Origin: Paracoccaceae bacterium
Lineage (GTDB): Bacteria; Pseudomonadota; Alphaproteobacteria; Rhodobacterales; Rhodobacteraceae
Length of the DNA stretch: 64,000 nt
Reading direction: 5' to 3'
NCBI GenBank assembly: GCA_963668325.1
Contig: OY764222.1
Location: 1,902,782 to 1,966,781 of the forward strand
Of the stretch, positions 10,751 through 19,882 are shown piece by piece; the stretch's first letter is position 1; each line of letters opens with the position of its first letter. Both the position numbers and the translations under genes were made by a program. Under the pieces are notes generated by a model that was not told the origin of the DNA, did no database searches, and worked only from the letters and a program-made list of their open reading frames with translations.

Positions 10751-12601
10751 TTAAATCTTTTCCAAATTCTCTGGGGACCAACAAAGTTTGGCAAGTTCAA
10801 TATAAAGTGCCTGTCGGCGATCAAGATCTGCCTTCTTGAATTCATTCAGGGGAGTAAAGGAAAGATTTGTTTGGTCTCTAAATTTCCGAAAACCTGGTTT
10901 GTTCTTGTAGGCGATGGGGTGTAGGGATTGAGCTAGCAGATTTTGTTTCGAGTAGTGTTCAACCTTTTGCTCAAAAGTCATATCACTGTAGCTTGCATTG
11001 TCTGGGCCCGGTAACAGTAATAGCCCTCCGATCCTATTGCGATAGGCCACGAAATCTTCTGGATGGCCAAATTCATCATCGAATCGTTCTGGACGATTTG
11101 CCCAAATATGTTCAATCTGATAGCCGCCCCTTTTAGCTGACCGCTTGGTATACTCTGGATAACGTGATACTACACCTGATCTTACCTCTAGATATTCAGT
11201 CAGGCGAGCCAATATTCGATGTATTACAGCTTTATTGTTCCCACGCAGTCTAAAGGTTTCTTCGGTATTGAAGTCAATGTATCCATCGGCTTCTGCTCCT
11301 TCGGGTGACAGACGACGGATTAGTTCGATTCTGAGTTCTTCTAAGTTCATTTTCCGAATCGCTTTCATTATTAGAAAGGCTCGATACTGCATTGTTGAGT
11401 GGTCAATAGCTTTAAAGTTCCATATCCGCCGAACTAGCATAATTTCGACAAAGGTAGCAACCAATTGCATTTTCTTTTTTACTATAACCTCACTATCATC
11501 AACCTTTAACGGGGCAAGCATCATGGGGTACTGTAGGGTGAAACTATTTTGTGCGTTGAAATAAATTGAACTAAAGTCAATGTTGTAATTCTCAGCAGCA
11601 TGACGGGCTTGGCTGTAAGCGTTGGCGTAAAAATTAAAATCCTTTGAAATAAATTCCTTGAACTTACTGCTGGTAGTCAGTTTAACACGATCCTTGTTTT
11701 CTCTTATCCAGCGGTGGAATTCAGTGCCAAGCCTATCAAAATCTTCGGGTTTAGCTTTTGCTTTACGTTCCCTTATTTTATCAGCATATTGGCTACGAAG
11801 CCATGCTTTTATACAACCGGCAACCTCGTCTTTTCCTAGTGAAAGAAGATTTGTCGTCAACTGCTTCCAGGTATCGTTTACTGATGCCCGATTATCATTT
11901 TCATTGATATTGGCAAGAAGGTAGCCTTTTAACATGTCAGTAGGGGTCAAGGATAGACCTCGGTCGTTCATCGTTTCGAAAATTGTGTAGGCTTCATCAT
12001 CTGAGAATGCCGTAATCTCGACCAGCATGACATTCTCAGTTAACCAATCAAGAAAGTAGGGGAGAGCAGTTTCACTTGAAAGATCCTGGGGGAAGAGATC
12101 CGTGATGTCATGGTAACGGTTAATCAGATTCTGGATAGAAGTGGATTTACCCATAGGATCAGGATTGTTACCATCAACTAATTCTTGGAGACAATCGTTC
12201 CTTTCCTCAATATCCAAGTTGAAGGATTTGCTTCCAAACCTAGTTGAATAAACTAAGCTGGTGATCTCGACCTTATGTTCTGGAGGGAAATCTTTCTGGA
12301 TATTTTCAAGGTAAATTAGGAGAAGGGTAAGCGAAGTTAATCGCTGCTGCCCATCAACGATATAATGGTCTCCATTTTTGCTTGAGATGATTACCGAACC
12401 AAGAAAGTATTGTCCATAGTTAGCAACGTCCTTGCGATCGTGTGAGGATTGGTAGTGTATCAGAAATTGGTTAGTAAGGTCCTCTATGAGTTCCCTAACT
12501 TGCTTGGTTTCCCACTTATAATCTCGCTGGTAGTAGTCGATTTTAAACTTTTGTCCCAACAAGGATTTCACTGATTTGTCTTCACCTCTAATTCTGCTCA
12601 T
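10751..12601 (-). CDS. DUF262 + DUF1524 two-domain protein (GmrSD-like type IV, modification-dependent nuclease family)
   Basis: The N-terminus has KIDYYQRDYKWETKQV, DGQQRLTSLTLLL and FETMNDRGLSLTPTDMLKGYL (ParB/Srx-like DUF262). The C-terminus has GYQIEHIWAN...RNRIGGLLLLPGPDNAS (His-Me finger DUF1524). Confidence 0.8.
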   Translation of the reverse strand: MSRIRGEDKSVKSLLGQKFKIDYYQRDYKWETKQVRELIEDLTNQFLIHYQSSHDRKDVANYGQYFLGSVIISSKNGDHYIVDGQQRLTSLTLLLIYLENIQKDFPPEHKVEITSLVYSTRFGSKSFNLDIEERNDCLQELVDGNNPDPMGKSTSIQNLINRYHDITDLFPQDLSSETALPYFLDWLTENVMLVEITAFSDDEAYTIFETMNDRGLSLTPTDMLKGYLLANINENDNRASVNDTWKQLTTNLLSLGKDEVAGCIKAWLRSQYADKIRERKAKAKPEDFDRLGTEFHRWIRENKDRVKLTTSSKFKEFISKDFNFYANAYSQARHAAENYNIDFSSIYFNAQNSFTLQYPMMLAPLKVDDSEVIVKKKMQLVATFVEIMLVRRIWNFKAIDHSTMQYRAFLIMKAIRKMNLEELRIELIRRLSPEGAEADGYIDFNTEETFRLRGNNKAVIHRILARLTEYLEVRSGVVSRYPEYTKRSAKRGGYQIEHIWANRPERFDDEFGHPEDFVAYRNRIGGLLLLPGPDNASYSDMTFEQKVEHYSKQNLLAQSLHPIAYKNKPGFRKFRDQTNLSFTPLNEFKKADLDRRQALYIELAKLCWSPENLEKI

Positions 12602-12677
12602 CGTTTCAATTTACTCCTTATATTTTGGAACATGTTTTCAGAATCCGACAATGGATTTTAATTTCTATTGGTTATTC

Positions 12678-13424
12678 CTACTCGATAATTTCAGGACCAC
12701 TATCCGCTTCAGATCTGGATTTTTTTTGTTTCTGCCGAATATTCAATATGACCACAACGCTGGAAAAAGCCATCGCCCAATAAATGAATCCTTTGTTGAT
12801 ATGAAGACCAAAGCCATCAGCAGTTAGAAATACCCCGATAAGCACGAGGAAGCAAAGCCCCAGTGTTTTTAGCGAGGGATACCTGTCAATAAAGTTGGAA
12901 ACTCCCTCAGCTGAAATCAACATGACAATAATTGCCACTACAATTGCAGCAACCATAATCCAGACACTTTCAACCAATCCGATAGCCGTTAAAACTGAAT
13001 CAATAGAAAATACAACATCAAGAACTGCAATCTGGAGGATGACTGCTATTGAACTCACTCCCTTAACAGAGTAGGTTCGATTGGTTTCTTCCAGGGCAAT
13101 AATCTCCTTGGACCCTTTTAGAATCAAGAAAGACCCACCGGCTATAAGAATGATATCCCTCCAACTCAGCATTAAGTCGAGGCCAAGAAAGGAAGAAAAG
13201 GTGATCACATCTTGGGTAAGTGTTGTAAGCCAGGTAATCGAAAAGAGAAAAGCTATTCTGAAAACCAATGCCAGTCCCAAACCAATTACTCTGACCCGAC
13301 GTCTTTTTTCCTTTGGCAATTTGGATGCGGCAATAGAAATAAAAAGCACATTGTCTATTCCAAGGATGATTTCTATTGCACAAAGAGACAGAAATCCAAA
13401 GATGATTGGAAGGAATTCATACAT
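12678..13424 (-). CDS. TerC/Alx-family integral membrane protein
   Basis: Multi-pass membrane ORF with ILGIDNVLFISI and a second DSVLTAIG repeat, both typical of TerC. Confidence 0.85.
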   Translation of the reverse strand: MYEFLPIIFGFLSLCAIEIILGIDNVLFISIAASKLPKEKRRRVRVIGLGLALVFRIAFLFSITWLTTLTQDVITFSSFLGLDLMLSWRDIILIAGGSFLILKGSKEIIALEETNRTYSVKGVSSIAVILQIAVLDVVFSIDSVLTAIGLVESVWIMVAAIVVAIIVMLISAEGVSNFIDRYPSLKTLGLCFLVLIGVFLTADGFGLHINKGFIYWAMAFSSVVVILNIRQKQKKSRSEADSGPEIIE

Positions 13425-13643
13425 TTTTTTTAACTTGCTTTAATTGGAGATTAAGGTGAAGTATTTCAGTGATATTTAGCCAGATTTATGAAAACTAAAC
13501 TAATTCGAACTACCTTCCAAATAGTAACAAACGAAAAAATATACAATTTCAAAGCTACTGTTAGATGGGAACGAAAAAGCTTAGCGTGTGACAAGCATTT
13601 TAATTATTAATTTATAGTCTTAACGACTTAATGAACGGATATA

Positions 13644-16085
13644 ATGACGAACCAGGAATATCTCGAAGGGTTAAACGAAGCACAACTTGAAGCGGTCCAG
13701 TATTTAGATGGTCCCTTATTGATTGTAGCAGGGGCTGGAACCGGAAAAACCCGAACATTGGTGACAAGATTAGCTCATCTGATAAACTTGGGCTTGGCTC
13801 GACCATATGAAATTCTGGCAGTTACCTTTACAAATAAGGCTGCCAACGAATTGAAACAAAGAATTCAAGTGTTGACTGGCATTGATCCCCTTGAACTCTC
13901 TTGGGTAGGGACCTTCCATTCAATGGCAGCTAAAATATTAAAAATGGAAGCTGAACGGGTGGGACTTACCAGTAATTTCACAATTATTGATGACAACGAT
14001 CAGAACAAGATCATTAAAGGTTTGCTTAAAGCAAAAAAAATTGATGCAGACGATATACCCCCCAGGATGCTCATTGGTCATATCAACCGTTGGAAAAATG
14101 ATGCGAAGGGACCATCCAACCTAACAAAATCGGAAAAAGAATTGTTCAAAGGTCGAGCTGAACAGCTCTACCAATCATACCAAAAGGAATTGTTGCAATC
14201 TAATTGTGTGGATTTTGGAGATTTGTTGCTTCATGTGGTCAAACTTTTTTCCACACAAGAATTTGCTCTGAAAATTTACCAAGACAAATTTTATTACATA
14301 ATGGTGGATGAGTATCAGGATACCAATATTTGTCAGTATCAGATGCTGAGGCTTCTTACCCAAAGAAATAAAAACATTTGTTGCGTAGGGGATGATGATC
14401 AGGCCATCTATAGTTGGCGAGGAGCTCGACCCCAAATCATGCTGAATTTTACCGAACATTTTACTGACGCAAAATTAGTCAAGCTTGAAGAGAATTATCG
14501 GTCAACCAAACATATCCTTGGGGCTGGTGTTGGTCTCATCCAACAAAATATCTTACGCCACGATAAATCACTTAAAGTGGGATTGCCTAATACGGATAAT
14601 CCCAACAAAGTAAGAGTGCACAAATTCAATGAACTTTATGATGAAGCCAGATTCATTGGGCAAAACATAAGAAAGTTGAACACCCAAAGGATCAATGGCA
14701 GAAAATTCAGCTATTCTGAAATTGCAGTAGCAGCTAGAACTTGGGCCGAGACGGCTGATATTGAGGAAGTATTTATTGAATCAAATATACCTTACAGAGT
14801 TATTGGTGGTCCAAAGTTCTTTGATCGCAAGGAGATCAAGGATATCATAGGATACCTAAAGGTTAGTCACAACCCGCTGGATAATTTCAGTTTTTCCAGG
14901 ATAATCAACACCCCCACAAGAGGTATCGGTAAAGTTACTTATGAAAAGATTAGTGTTTATGCCTCTAACCATAATATTTCTCATCTTGAAGCAGCTAGAA
15001 AACTAGTTTCCGATAAGGGCCTTGGTACAGCCACACTAACTAAATTAAAGAATTTTCTTACCTTGCTGGAAGGATGGTCTAACAAGCTGAGTGATAAGGA
15101 CCTGCTCTTGGAGAATTCAATCAGAACAATGGTAACTGATATCAAGTTTAGAGACTACCTGATGAAAAATTATCCTGAGAATTACGAGGAAAGGTCAGAA
15201 AATGTGGACAAGTTGTCTGATATGGCCGGACGTTATGAAACATTGGGTAATTTTGTAGAACAGGCGGGATTAATGAATGCCGGAGAAGATCAAGAGGAGC
15301 AATCTAAAGACCAGGTTTCATTAATGACATTGCATGCTTGCAAGGGGTCAGAATATCCTGCTGTATACCTAATTGGATGGTATGAGGGTGGACTTCCGTT
15401 AAACCGAGTAATAGAAGAAAGATATCAGGACATTTCCCCATCAACATATCAACTAGCCATGTCATTATTATACAACCCTCCAAAGAGTTCCTTTGAAAGA
15501 AGGAGGCTTCAGGATTTTGCCAAGATTGTCCTTGGTGAAAGGCAAGAACAAAATTATGGCAAAGATAATATTGGTAAGAAATTAGCTGACCTGATCCTGA
15601 AAAACGGGCTTACTAAAATTACTCAAGAGGAAGAAAATCTGGCTAAAAAGATTACCTCCTCGGAAGAAATTGAAGAAGAAAGGAGGTTAGCACATGTCGG
15701 TATTACCAGGGCAAAAGAACTTTGTATCATCACCTATAACCAGGTGAATAGATTTCGAGGACAGGTATTTTCTGGCCTACCTCCATCCAGATTTATCAAA
15801 GAACTGCCTGGCAAGGATATTGAGCATTTTGAAAAGGAGAGATTGCTATCCCAAAGTTCAGTAGGATATCACTCCCAGCAAAATAAAAAAGAACTTTCCC
15901 AAGAGATAAGAAAATTTTTGCCTAAGCAGTCAAAAAGCAAGAGTATTTCCGAAGGGGTACGGGTTTCCCACAATACTTTTGGTAAAGGAACTGTCTTAGC
16001 CACCAGTAATAACCGATTGTTGATTAAGTTCGATAGCAAGCAGGAAAAATTAATTCTGAACGATTTTGTTAAGCTAATCGAATAA
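13644..16085 (+). CDS. uvrD: UvrD/PcrA/Rep-family SF1 DNA helicase
   Basis: Has Walker A GAGTGKTRTL, VDEYQDTN, LEENYRST, LMTLHACKGSEYP (motif V), EEERRLAHVGITRAKE (motif VI) and a C-terminal GVRVSHNTFGKGTV Tudor-like tail. Confidence 0.9.
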   Translation: MTNQEYLEGLNEAQLEAVQYLDGPLLIVAGAGTGKTRTLVTRLAHLINLGLARPYEILAVTFTNKAANELKQRIQVLTGIDPLELSWVGTFHSMAAKILKMEAERVGLTSNFTIIDDNDQNKIIKGLLKAKKIDADDIPPRMLIGHINRWKNDAKGPSNLTKSEKELFKGRAEQLYQSYQKELLQSNCVDFGDLLLHVVKLFSTQEFALKIYQDKFYYIMVDEYQDTNICQYQMLRLLTQRNKNICCVGDDDQAIYSWRGARPQIMLNFTEHFTDAKLVKLEENYRSTKHILGAGVGLIQQNILRHDKSLKVGLPNTDNPNKVRVHKFNELYDEARFIGQNIRKLNTQRINGRKFSYSEIAVAARTWAETADIEEVFIESNIPYRVIGGPKFFDRKEIKDIIGYLKVSHNPLDNFSFSRIINTPTRGIGKVTYEKISVYASNHNISHLEAARKLVSDKGLGTATLTKLKNFLTLLEGWSNKLSDKDLLLENSIRTMVTDIKFRDYLMKNYPENYEERSENVDKLSDMAGRYETLGNFVEQAGLMNAGEDQEEQSKDQVSLMTLHACKGSEYPAVYLIGWYEGGLPLNRVIEERYQDISPSTYQLAMSLLYNPPKSSFERRRLQDFAKIVLGERQEQNYGKDNIGKKLADLILKNGLTKITQEEENLAKKITSSEEIEEERRLAHVGITRAKELCIITYNQVNRFRGQVFSGLPPSRFIKELPGKDIEHFEKERLLSQSSVGYHSQQNKKELSQEIRKFLPKQSKSKSISEGVRVSHNTFGKGTVLATSNNRLLIKFDSKQEKLILNDFVKLIE

Positions 16086-16102
16086 TTTGGGTTGGTGGAA
16101 AA

Positions 16103-16128
16103 CGGAAACACCCAAGAGGGTGTTTCCG
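16103..16128. terminator. Perfect 11-bp stem / 4-nt loop hairpin between convergent uvrD and the DUF1127 gene
   Basis: cggaaacaccc-aaga-gggtgtttccg, read directly. It lies 18 nt after the uvrD stop and 13 nt after the DUF1127 gene stop. Confidence 0.6.
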
Positions 16129-16140
16129 CCAAGGAGGAAA

Positions 16141-16356
16141 TTATTTTTTGAAACAAGTTTCACGGGTAAGGGATCGAATATTGTACCTGTTAAGTCCAAT
16201 ATCTTCCAGTTCCCTGTCAGAAATAAACGATAGTTCTTTCATGGTTTTTTTGTAAATTTTATATTGGTTCCATTTCTTATCAAGGGCCTTCTTGTAGGTC
16301 CCCAGGAAATTGAACAAATTTACATTGGGTATAGATACGTTATCAAGAACAGCCAT
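16141..16356 (-). CDS. DUF1127-family small protein
   Basis: 71 aa with the C-terminal ELSFISDRELEDIGLNRYNI motif characteristic of DUF1127/YjiS-like proteins. Confidence 0.7.
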   Translation of the reverse strand: MAVLDNVSIPNVNLFNFLGTYKKALDKKWNQYKIYKKTMKELSFISDRELEDIGLNRYNIRSLTRETCFKK

Positions 16357-16575
16357 TTTTTATTCCTTTCGAATTTAGAGATTATCGTGGATAATTTTCG
16401 TGAGGAATATTGTTATTAATGAAACCAACTCAACACCATGATTTAGCAATCCCAAGTTGCAATGGTAGCAATGCTTTATTTGCTCGGTCTGCATCTGTTG
16501 GTCATTCTGGAAATAGTTGATTTGTTGCAATATGTATGATTTGGTCACCAGATTACTTCGTGGGATTGAAATGAA

Positions 16576-17640
16576 ATGAGCATATCAAAAGAAACCGTTC
16601 TAAACGAACTTGCCCGGATTACTATTCCCGAGGGGAATATAGTTGAGTTGAATATGGTTAAGGCTCTTGTGATAGAACAGGGAAACATCAGTTTTGTCCT
16701 TGAGGTTCCACCGGAAAAGGGCAAGAGAATGGAACCGGTGCGGGAATCAGCTGTTCGGATTTTAGAGAAACTTCCAGGAGTGAACCGAGTTTCTGTTGTA
16801 ATGACAGCCCATTCAGGCAAGGAAGCCAAAACCGCTTCAAAGGGTCCACCACCAGACCTTCGCTTGGGTGGCCATCCGCAAGCTGAAAGCAATTTGGCCA
16901 ACCTTGAGGGTGTAAAAAAAATAGTTGCAATTGCCTCAGGGAAGGGCGGTGTAGGCAAATCTACAGTCTCACTTAATTTAGCAGTTTCCCTAGTTAAACT
17001 AGGGTATAAGGTTGGTTTGCTTGATGCTGATATTCATGGACCTTCTTTGCCCATAATGACAGGTGTATCGTCCAAACCTTATTCACCGGATGGTAAAACC
17101 ATAATCCCACTGGAGGCTTTTGGTATTAAGGTGATGTCCATCGGTTTCTTACTTCCAAAAGAAGAGGCTGTAATCTGGCGAGGTCCGATGCTTATGGGGG
17201 CTTTGCAGCAAATGCTACAACAGGTAAAATGGGGAGATTTGGATATCATTCTTGTTGACTTGCCGCCTGGAACAGGAGATGTTCAATTGACGCTTTGTCA
17301 AAGATTTCCGTTAAGTGGATCTATTATTGTCTGCACTCCACAGGACCTTGCATTGGCAGATGCTAGACGGGCCATAACCATGTTTCAAAAACTCAATTCG
17401 CCGATATTGGGTATTGTTGAGAATATGGCTTATTATATGTGTCCAAAATGCCACAATAAGGATTATGTTTTTGGCAGAAATGGTGCCCGCCAGGAAGCCC
17501 GACAACTTGGAGTACCCTTCCTTGGTGAAATACCCCTGGAGATATCCATAAGGGAGGGTGGCGACAGTGGAAATCCAATTGCCTTAATACCAGGGGAAAC
17601 AGCTGATATCTTTGCTTTGATCGGCGAACTGATAATTTAA
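16576..17640 (+). CDS. apbC: Mrp/ApbC/NBP35-family Fe-S cluster carrier ATPase
   Basis: N-terminal DUF59-like segment, deviant Walker A ASGKGGVGKSTVS, and a CPKC cysteine pair. Confidence 0.9.
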   Translation: MSISKETVLNELARITIPEGNIVELNMVKALVIEQGNISFVLEVPPEKGKRMEPVRESAVRILEKLPGVNRVSVVMTAHSGKEAKTASKGPPPDLRLGGHPQAESNLANLEGVKKIVAIASGKGGVGKSTVSLNLAVSLVKLGYKVGLLDADIHGPSLPIMTGVSSKPYSPDGKTIIPLEAFGIKVMSIGFLLPKEEAVIWRGPMLMGALQQMLQQVKWGDLDIILVDLPPGTGDVQLTLCQRFPLSGSIIVCTPQDLALADARRAITMFQKLNSPILGIVENMAYYMCPKCHNKDYVFGRNGARQEARQLGVPFLGEIPLEISIREGGDSGNPIALIPGETADIFALIGELII

Positions 17641-17656
17641 TTCAATTTCTATTTTT

Positions 17657-17691
17657 AAAACTCATTTTTTCTGAAGAAAAAAACGAGTTTT
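17657..17691 (+). terminator. AT-rich hairpin 17 nt downstream of apbC (candidate terminator)
   Basis: aaaactcatttttt-ctgaag-aaaaaaacgagtttt. The stem is almost entirely A/T, so stability is uncertain. Confidence 0.35.
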
Positions 17692-17997
17692 GATTACATT
17701 TTTGAAGAAAAATTAGGATAAATCAATATATAGATTAAAATCTACTATTTGATCAATATATAGATTATTAGGTGGTATATTTTGGCTTTTAATCCCATAA
17801 AAAACCAGTAATATCCAAATTACCCTAACCTTTTCTAGTTGAGTGGTATGTTGTCATGGCAAGTGGCATTGAGGTAGGCGCAGGTGAGTTACGAATAGAA
17901 ACCAATACTGGGGAGGGGGAATTAGGGGTAGTCGTTCTAAGCAAAAAATAACAGGTCCGACTGCCCCGTAATATGAAAAATTAGTAGGGTAATTGCA

Positions 17998-18489
17998 TTG
18001 TTGACAATTTTTCGTGGAGAGAGTACCCATAAAATGGATCAAAAAGGTAGGGTCTCAATTCCAGCGGATTACCGCAGGATTATTATTGAAGAAAATGCCA
18101 AGGTTGGCAAAGAATTGGATCAAAACACCTTGGTAATAGTTTTTGGAGACAATAGGCAACACCACCTTGAATGCTATCCGTTGACTCTCTCGCAAGAAAT
18201 TCATGAAAACATAAAATCTAAATTTCCCCGGGGGACACCAAAAAGAGAATTTCTTGATAACTTTTTTGAAACCAAGTCGATTGCCGTTCAAATAGATCCT
18301 AATGGCAGAATGTTATTGCCACAAAATGTCAGAGCCAAGGCCAATCTGGGTTCCAATGTCTGTTTTGCAGGTAAGGGTGAGAGTTTTCAGATTTGGAACC
18401 CTGATATGTATTCTCAAAAACAAATGGAATTGGAAGCGATGTTCAGGGATGATGAAATTATTTCCAACCCTCTGGTTTTACTTGAATGA
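17998..18489 (+). CDS. mraZ: Transcriptional regulator MraZ
   Basis: FRGESTHKMDQKGRVSIPADYRR plus a second SpoVT/AbrB-like repeat (DPNGRMLLPQNVR). It is the first gene of the dcw cluster. The start is TTG, and its exact position is uncertain. Confidence 0.9.
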   Translation: MLTIFRGESTHKMDQKGRVSIPADYRRIIIEENAKVGKELDQNTLVIVFGDNRQHHLECYPLTLSQEIHENIKSKFPRGTPKREFLDNFFETKSIAVQIDPNGRMLLPQNVRAKANLGSNVCFAGKGESFQIWNPDMYSQKQMELEAMFRDDEIISNPLVLLE

Positions 18490-18498
18490 AAAAGGAAA

Positions 18499-19494
18499 AT
18501 GTCAAAAGACCCAGATCAATTGGAGAGTTCTGGTACTCACATACCAGTACTTCTAAGGGAATTTATGCAAGAAGTTTCCCCAATTGAAGGATATTGGCTT
18601 GATGGAACATTTGGTGCTGGAGGATATACAAAGGCTTTAATTGAAGCAGGTGCAAAGAAAGTTATTGCCTTTGATTGCGACCCTGAAGCCTATAACCGAT
18701 ATTGCAATCTTCCAAAGGAAATCAGAGAAAGCACCACTTTTATAGCAAACTGGTTTGGTGATTTTGATCACATTAAGGATATCCAGAATTACTTGCCCTT
18801 GGACGGTGTAGTTTTTGACCTTGGGGTATCATCCTTGCAGTTCGACCGGAACGAGCGGGGATTCTCACTGAACAAGGATGGACCCCTGGATATGAGAATG
18901 TCCCAAAAGGGTGTCTCAGCAGCAGATCTGGTAAATCAGTATTCTGAATCCCAGTTGGCTGATTTGTTTTTCCTGTTTGGTGAAGAAAGAGCTGCAAGAA
19001 AAATTGCCAAAGGTATTGTTAATGAGAGGCAGAACAGACCGATTGAATCGACCCTTCAACTGGCTGACCTCATTAAACGGCTTGCTCCTGGAACGGGTAA
19101 AGGGAAAATACATCCCGCAACCAAAAGTTTCATGGCTTTGAGAATAGTTGTTAACAGGGAACTGGAACAATTGGAGGCAGGCTTGCATGCAGCAGCCAGA
19201 GTATTGAGGAAAGGGGGAAAATTAGCGATCATTACATTTAACTCATTGGAAGATAGAATTGTTAAGAATTTTCTAAATCCAAAAAGAGATAACAACCGAT
19301 ATTTCCCACAAGAACAACAAAAACAACATCCCTTCAGGTTAAAGAACAACAAACCGATCAATCCTACTAAGGAAGAAATTGCCCACAACCCCCGAGCTCG
19401 CTCTGCAAAATTAAGAGTTGGGACAAGAAACGAGCTGCAGGAAGAACTTACGATTGCCTCCATGGTACCCAAGTTGACGGATAAATTTGTGTAG
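18499..19494 (+). CDS. rsmH: 16S rRNA (cytosine1402-N4)-methyltransferase
   Basis: HIPVLLREF, DGTFGAGGYT, FDLGVSSLQFD and NPRARSAKLR motifs, in the position after mraZ. Confidence 0.93.
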   Translation: MSKDPDQLESSGTHIPVLLREFMQEVSPIEGYWLDGTFGAGGYTKALIEAGAKKVIAFDCDPEAYNRYCNLPKEIRESTTFIANWFGDFDHIKDIQNYLPLDGVVFDLGVSSLQFDRNERGFSLNKDGPLDMRMSQKGVSAADLVNQYSESQLADLFFLFGEERAARKIAKGIVNERQNRPIESTLQLADLIKRLAPGTGKGKIHPATKSFMALRIVVNRELEQLEAGLHAAARVLRKGGKLAIITFNSLEDRIVKNFLNPKRDNNRYFPQEQQKQHPFRLKNNKPINPTKEEIAHNPRARSAKLRVGTRNELQEELTIASMVPKLTDKFV

Positions 19495-19496
19495 AA

Positions 19497-19805
19497 ATGA
19501 AGTGGCCTGCTTTTCTTATCTGGTTGTTTTTGACTGCTTTGTTGGGTTTTGGAACAAATGTTGTCAATTTGCAAACCAGTGAAATCAGAAGGGAAGTGAA
19601 TCGATTAAGTGAAATTAAGGAATTGAATAATGAAAAGTTAAAGATTTTGGAGGTTCAATGGGCCCATCTAACCAATCCGGATTTTATTCGAAAATTAACA
19701 GAGGAAAATTTTGATCGTCTGTGGCTGGTTGCTGGGACCAATCTAAACTATGGCAGTATTGATGATTTATCTTATTTTCCAGAGTCTCAGAATGAGAATC
19801 AATAA
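19497..19805 (+). CDS. ftsL: Cell division protein FtsL-like (single-pass, coiled coil)
   Basis: 102 aa with an N-terminal TM helix and then a coiled-coil segment. It sits in the canonical position between rsmH and ftsI. The call rests on position and architecture, not sequence identity. Confidence 0.6.
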   Translation: MKWPAFLIWLFLTALLGFGTNVVNLQTSEIRREVNRLSEIKELNNEKLKILEVQWAHLTNPDFIRKLTEENFDRLWLVAGTNLNYGSIDDLSYFPESQNENQ

Positions 19806-19882
19806 GCATTAAGTCGAGCACAAAACAACCTACAAATGGTAGGCCTGAAAGACAACAATAAAAAGGGTAGGTAAGCAAGGAA

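Noticed and set aside
10352-12677. The idea that tRNA-Gly marks an integrative genomic island carrying the DUF262/DUF1524 gene.
   Set aside because: There is no integrase and no duplicated tRNA 3' segment. The nuclease gene lies on the 5' side of the tRNA rather than beyond its 3' end, and its composition looks native.
13425-13643. A possible yybP-ykoY (Mn2+) riboswitch, which often precedes TerC/Alx genes.
   Set aside because: Reading the terC leader on the minus strand, I found none of the conserved G-rich core (GGGGAGUAG-like) or paired helices of that class.
16545-16958. 137-aa ORF antisense to the apbC N-terminus.
   Set aside because: It is a shadow of the apbC frame with no family resemblance. 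The apbC call is unambiguous.
19056-19574. 172-aa ORF antisense to the rsmH/ftsL junction.
   Set aside because: It overlaps two well-supported dcw genes. It has no recognisable motifs and Cys/Ser-rich shadow composition.
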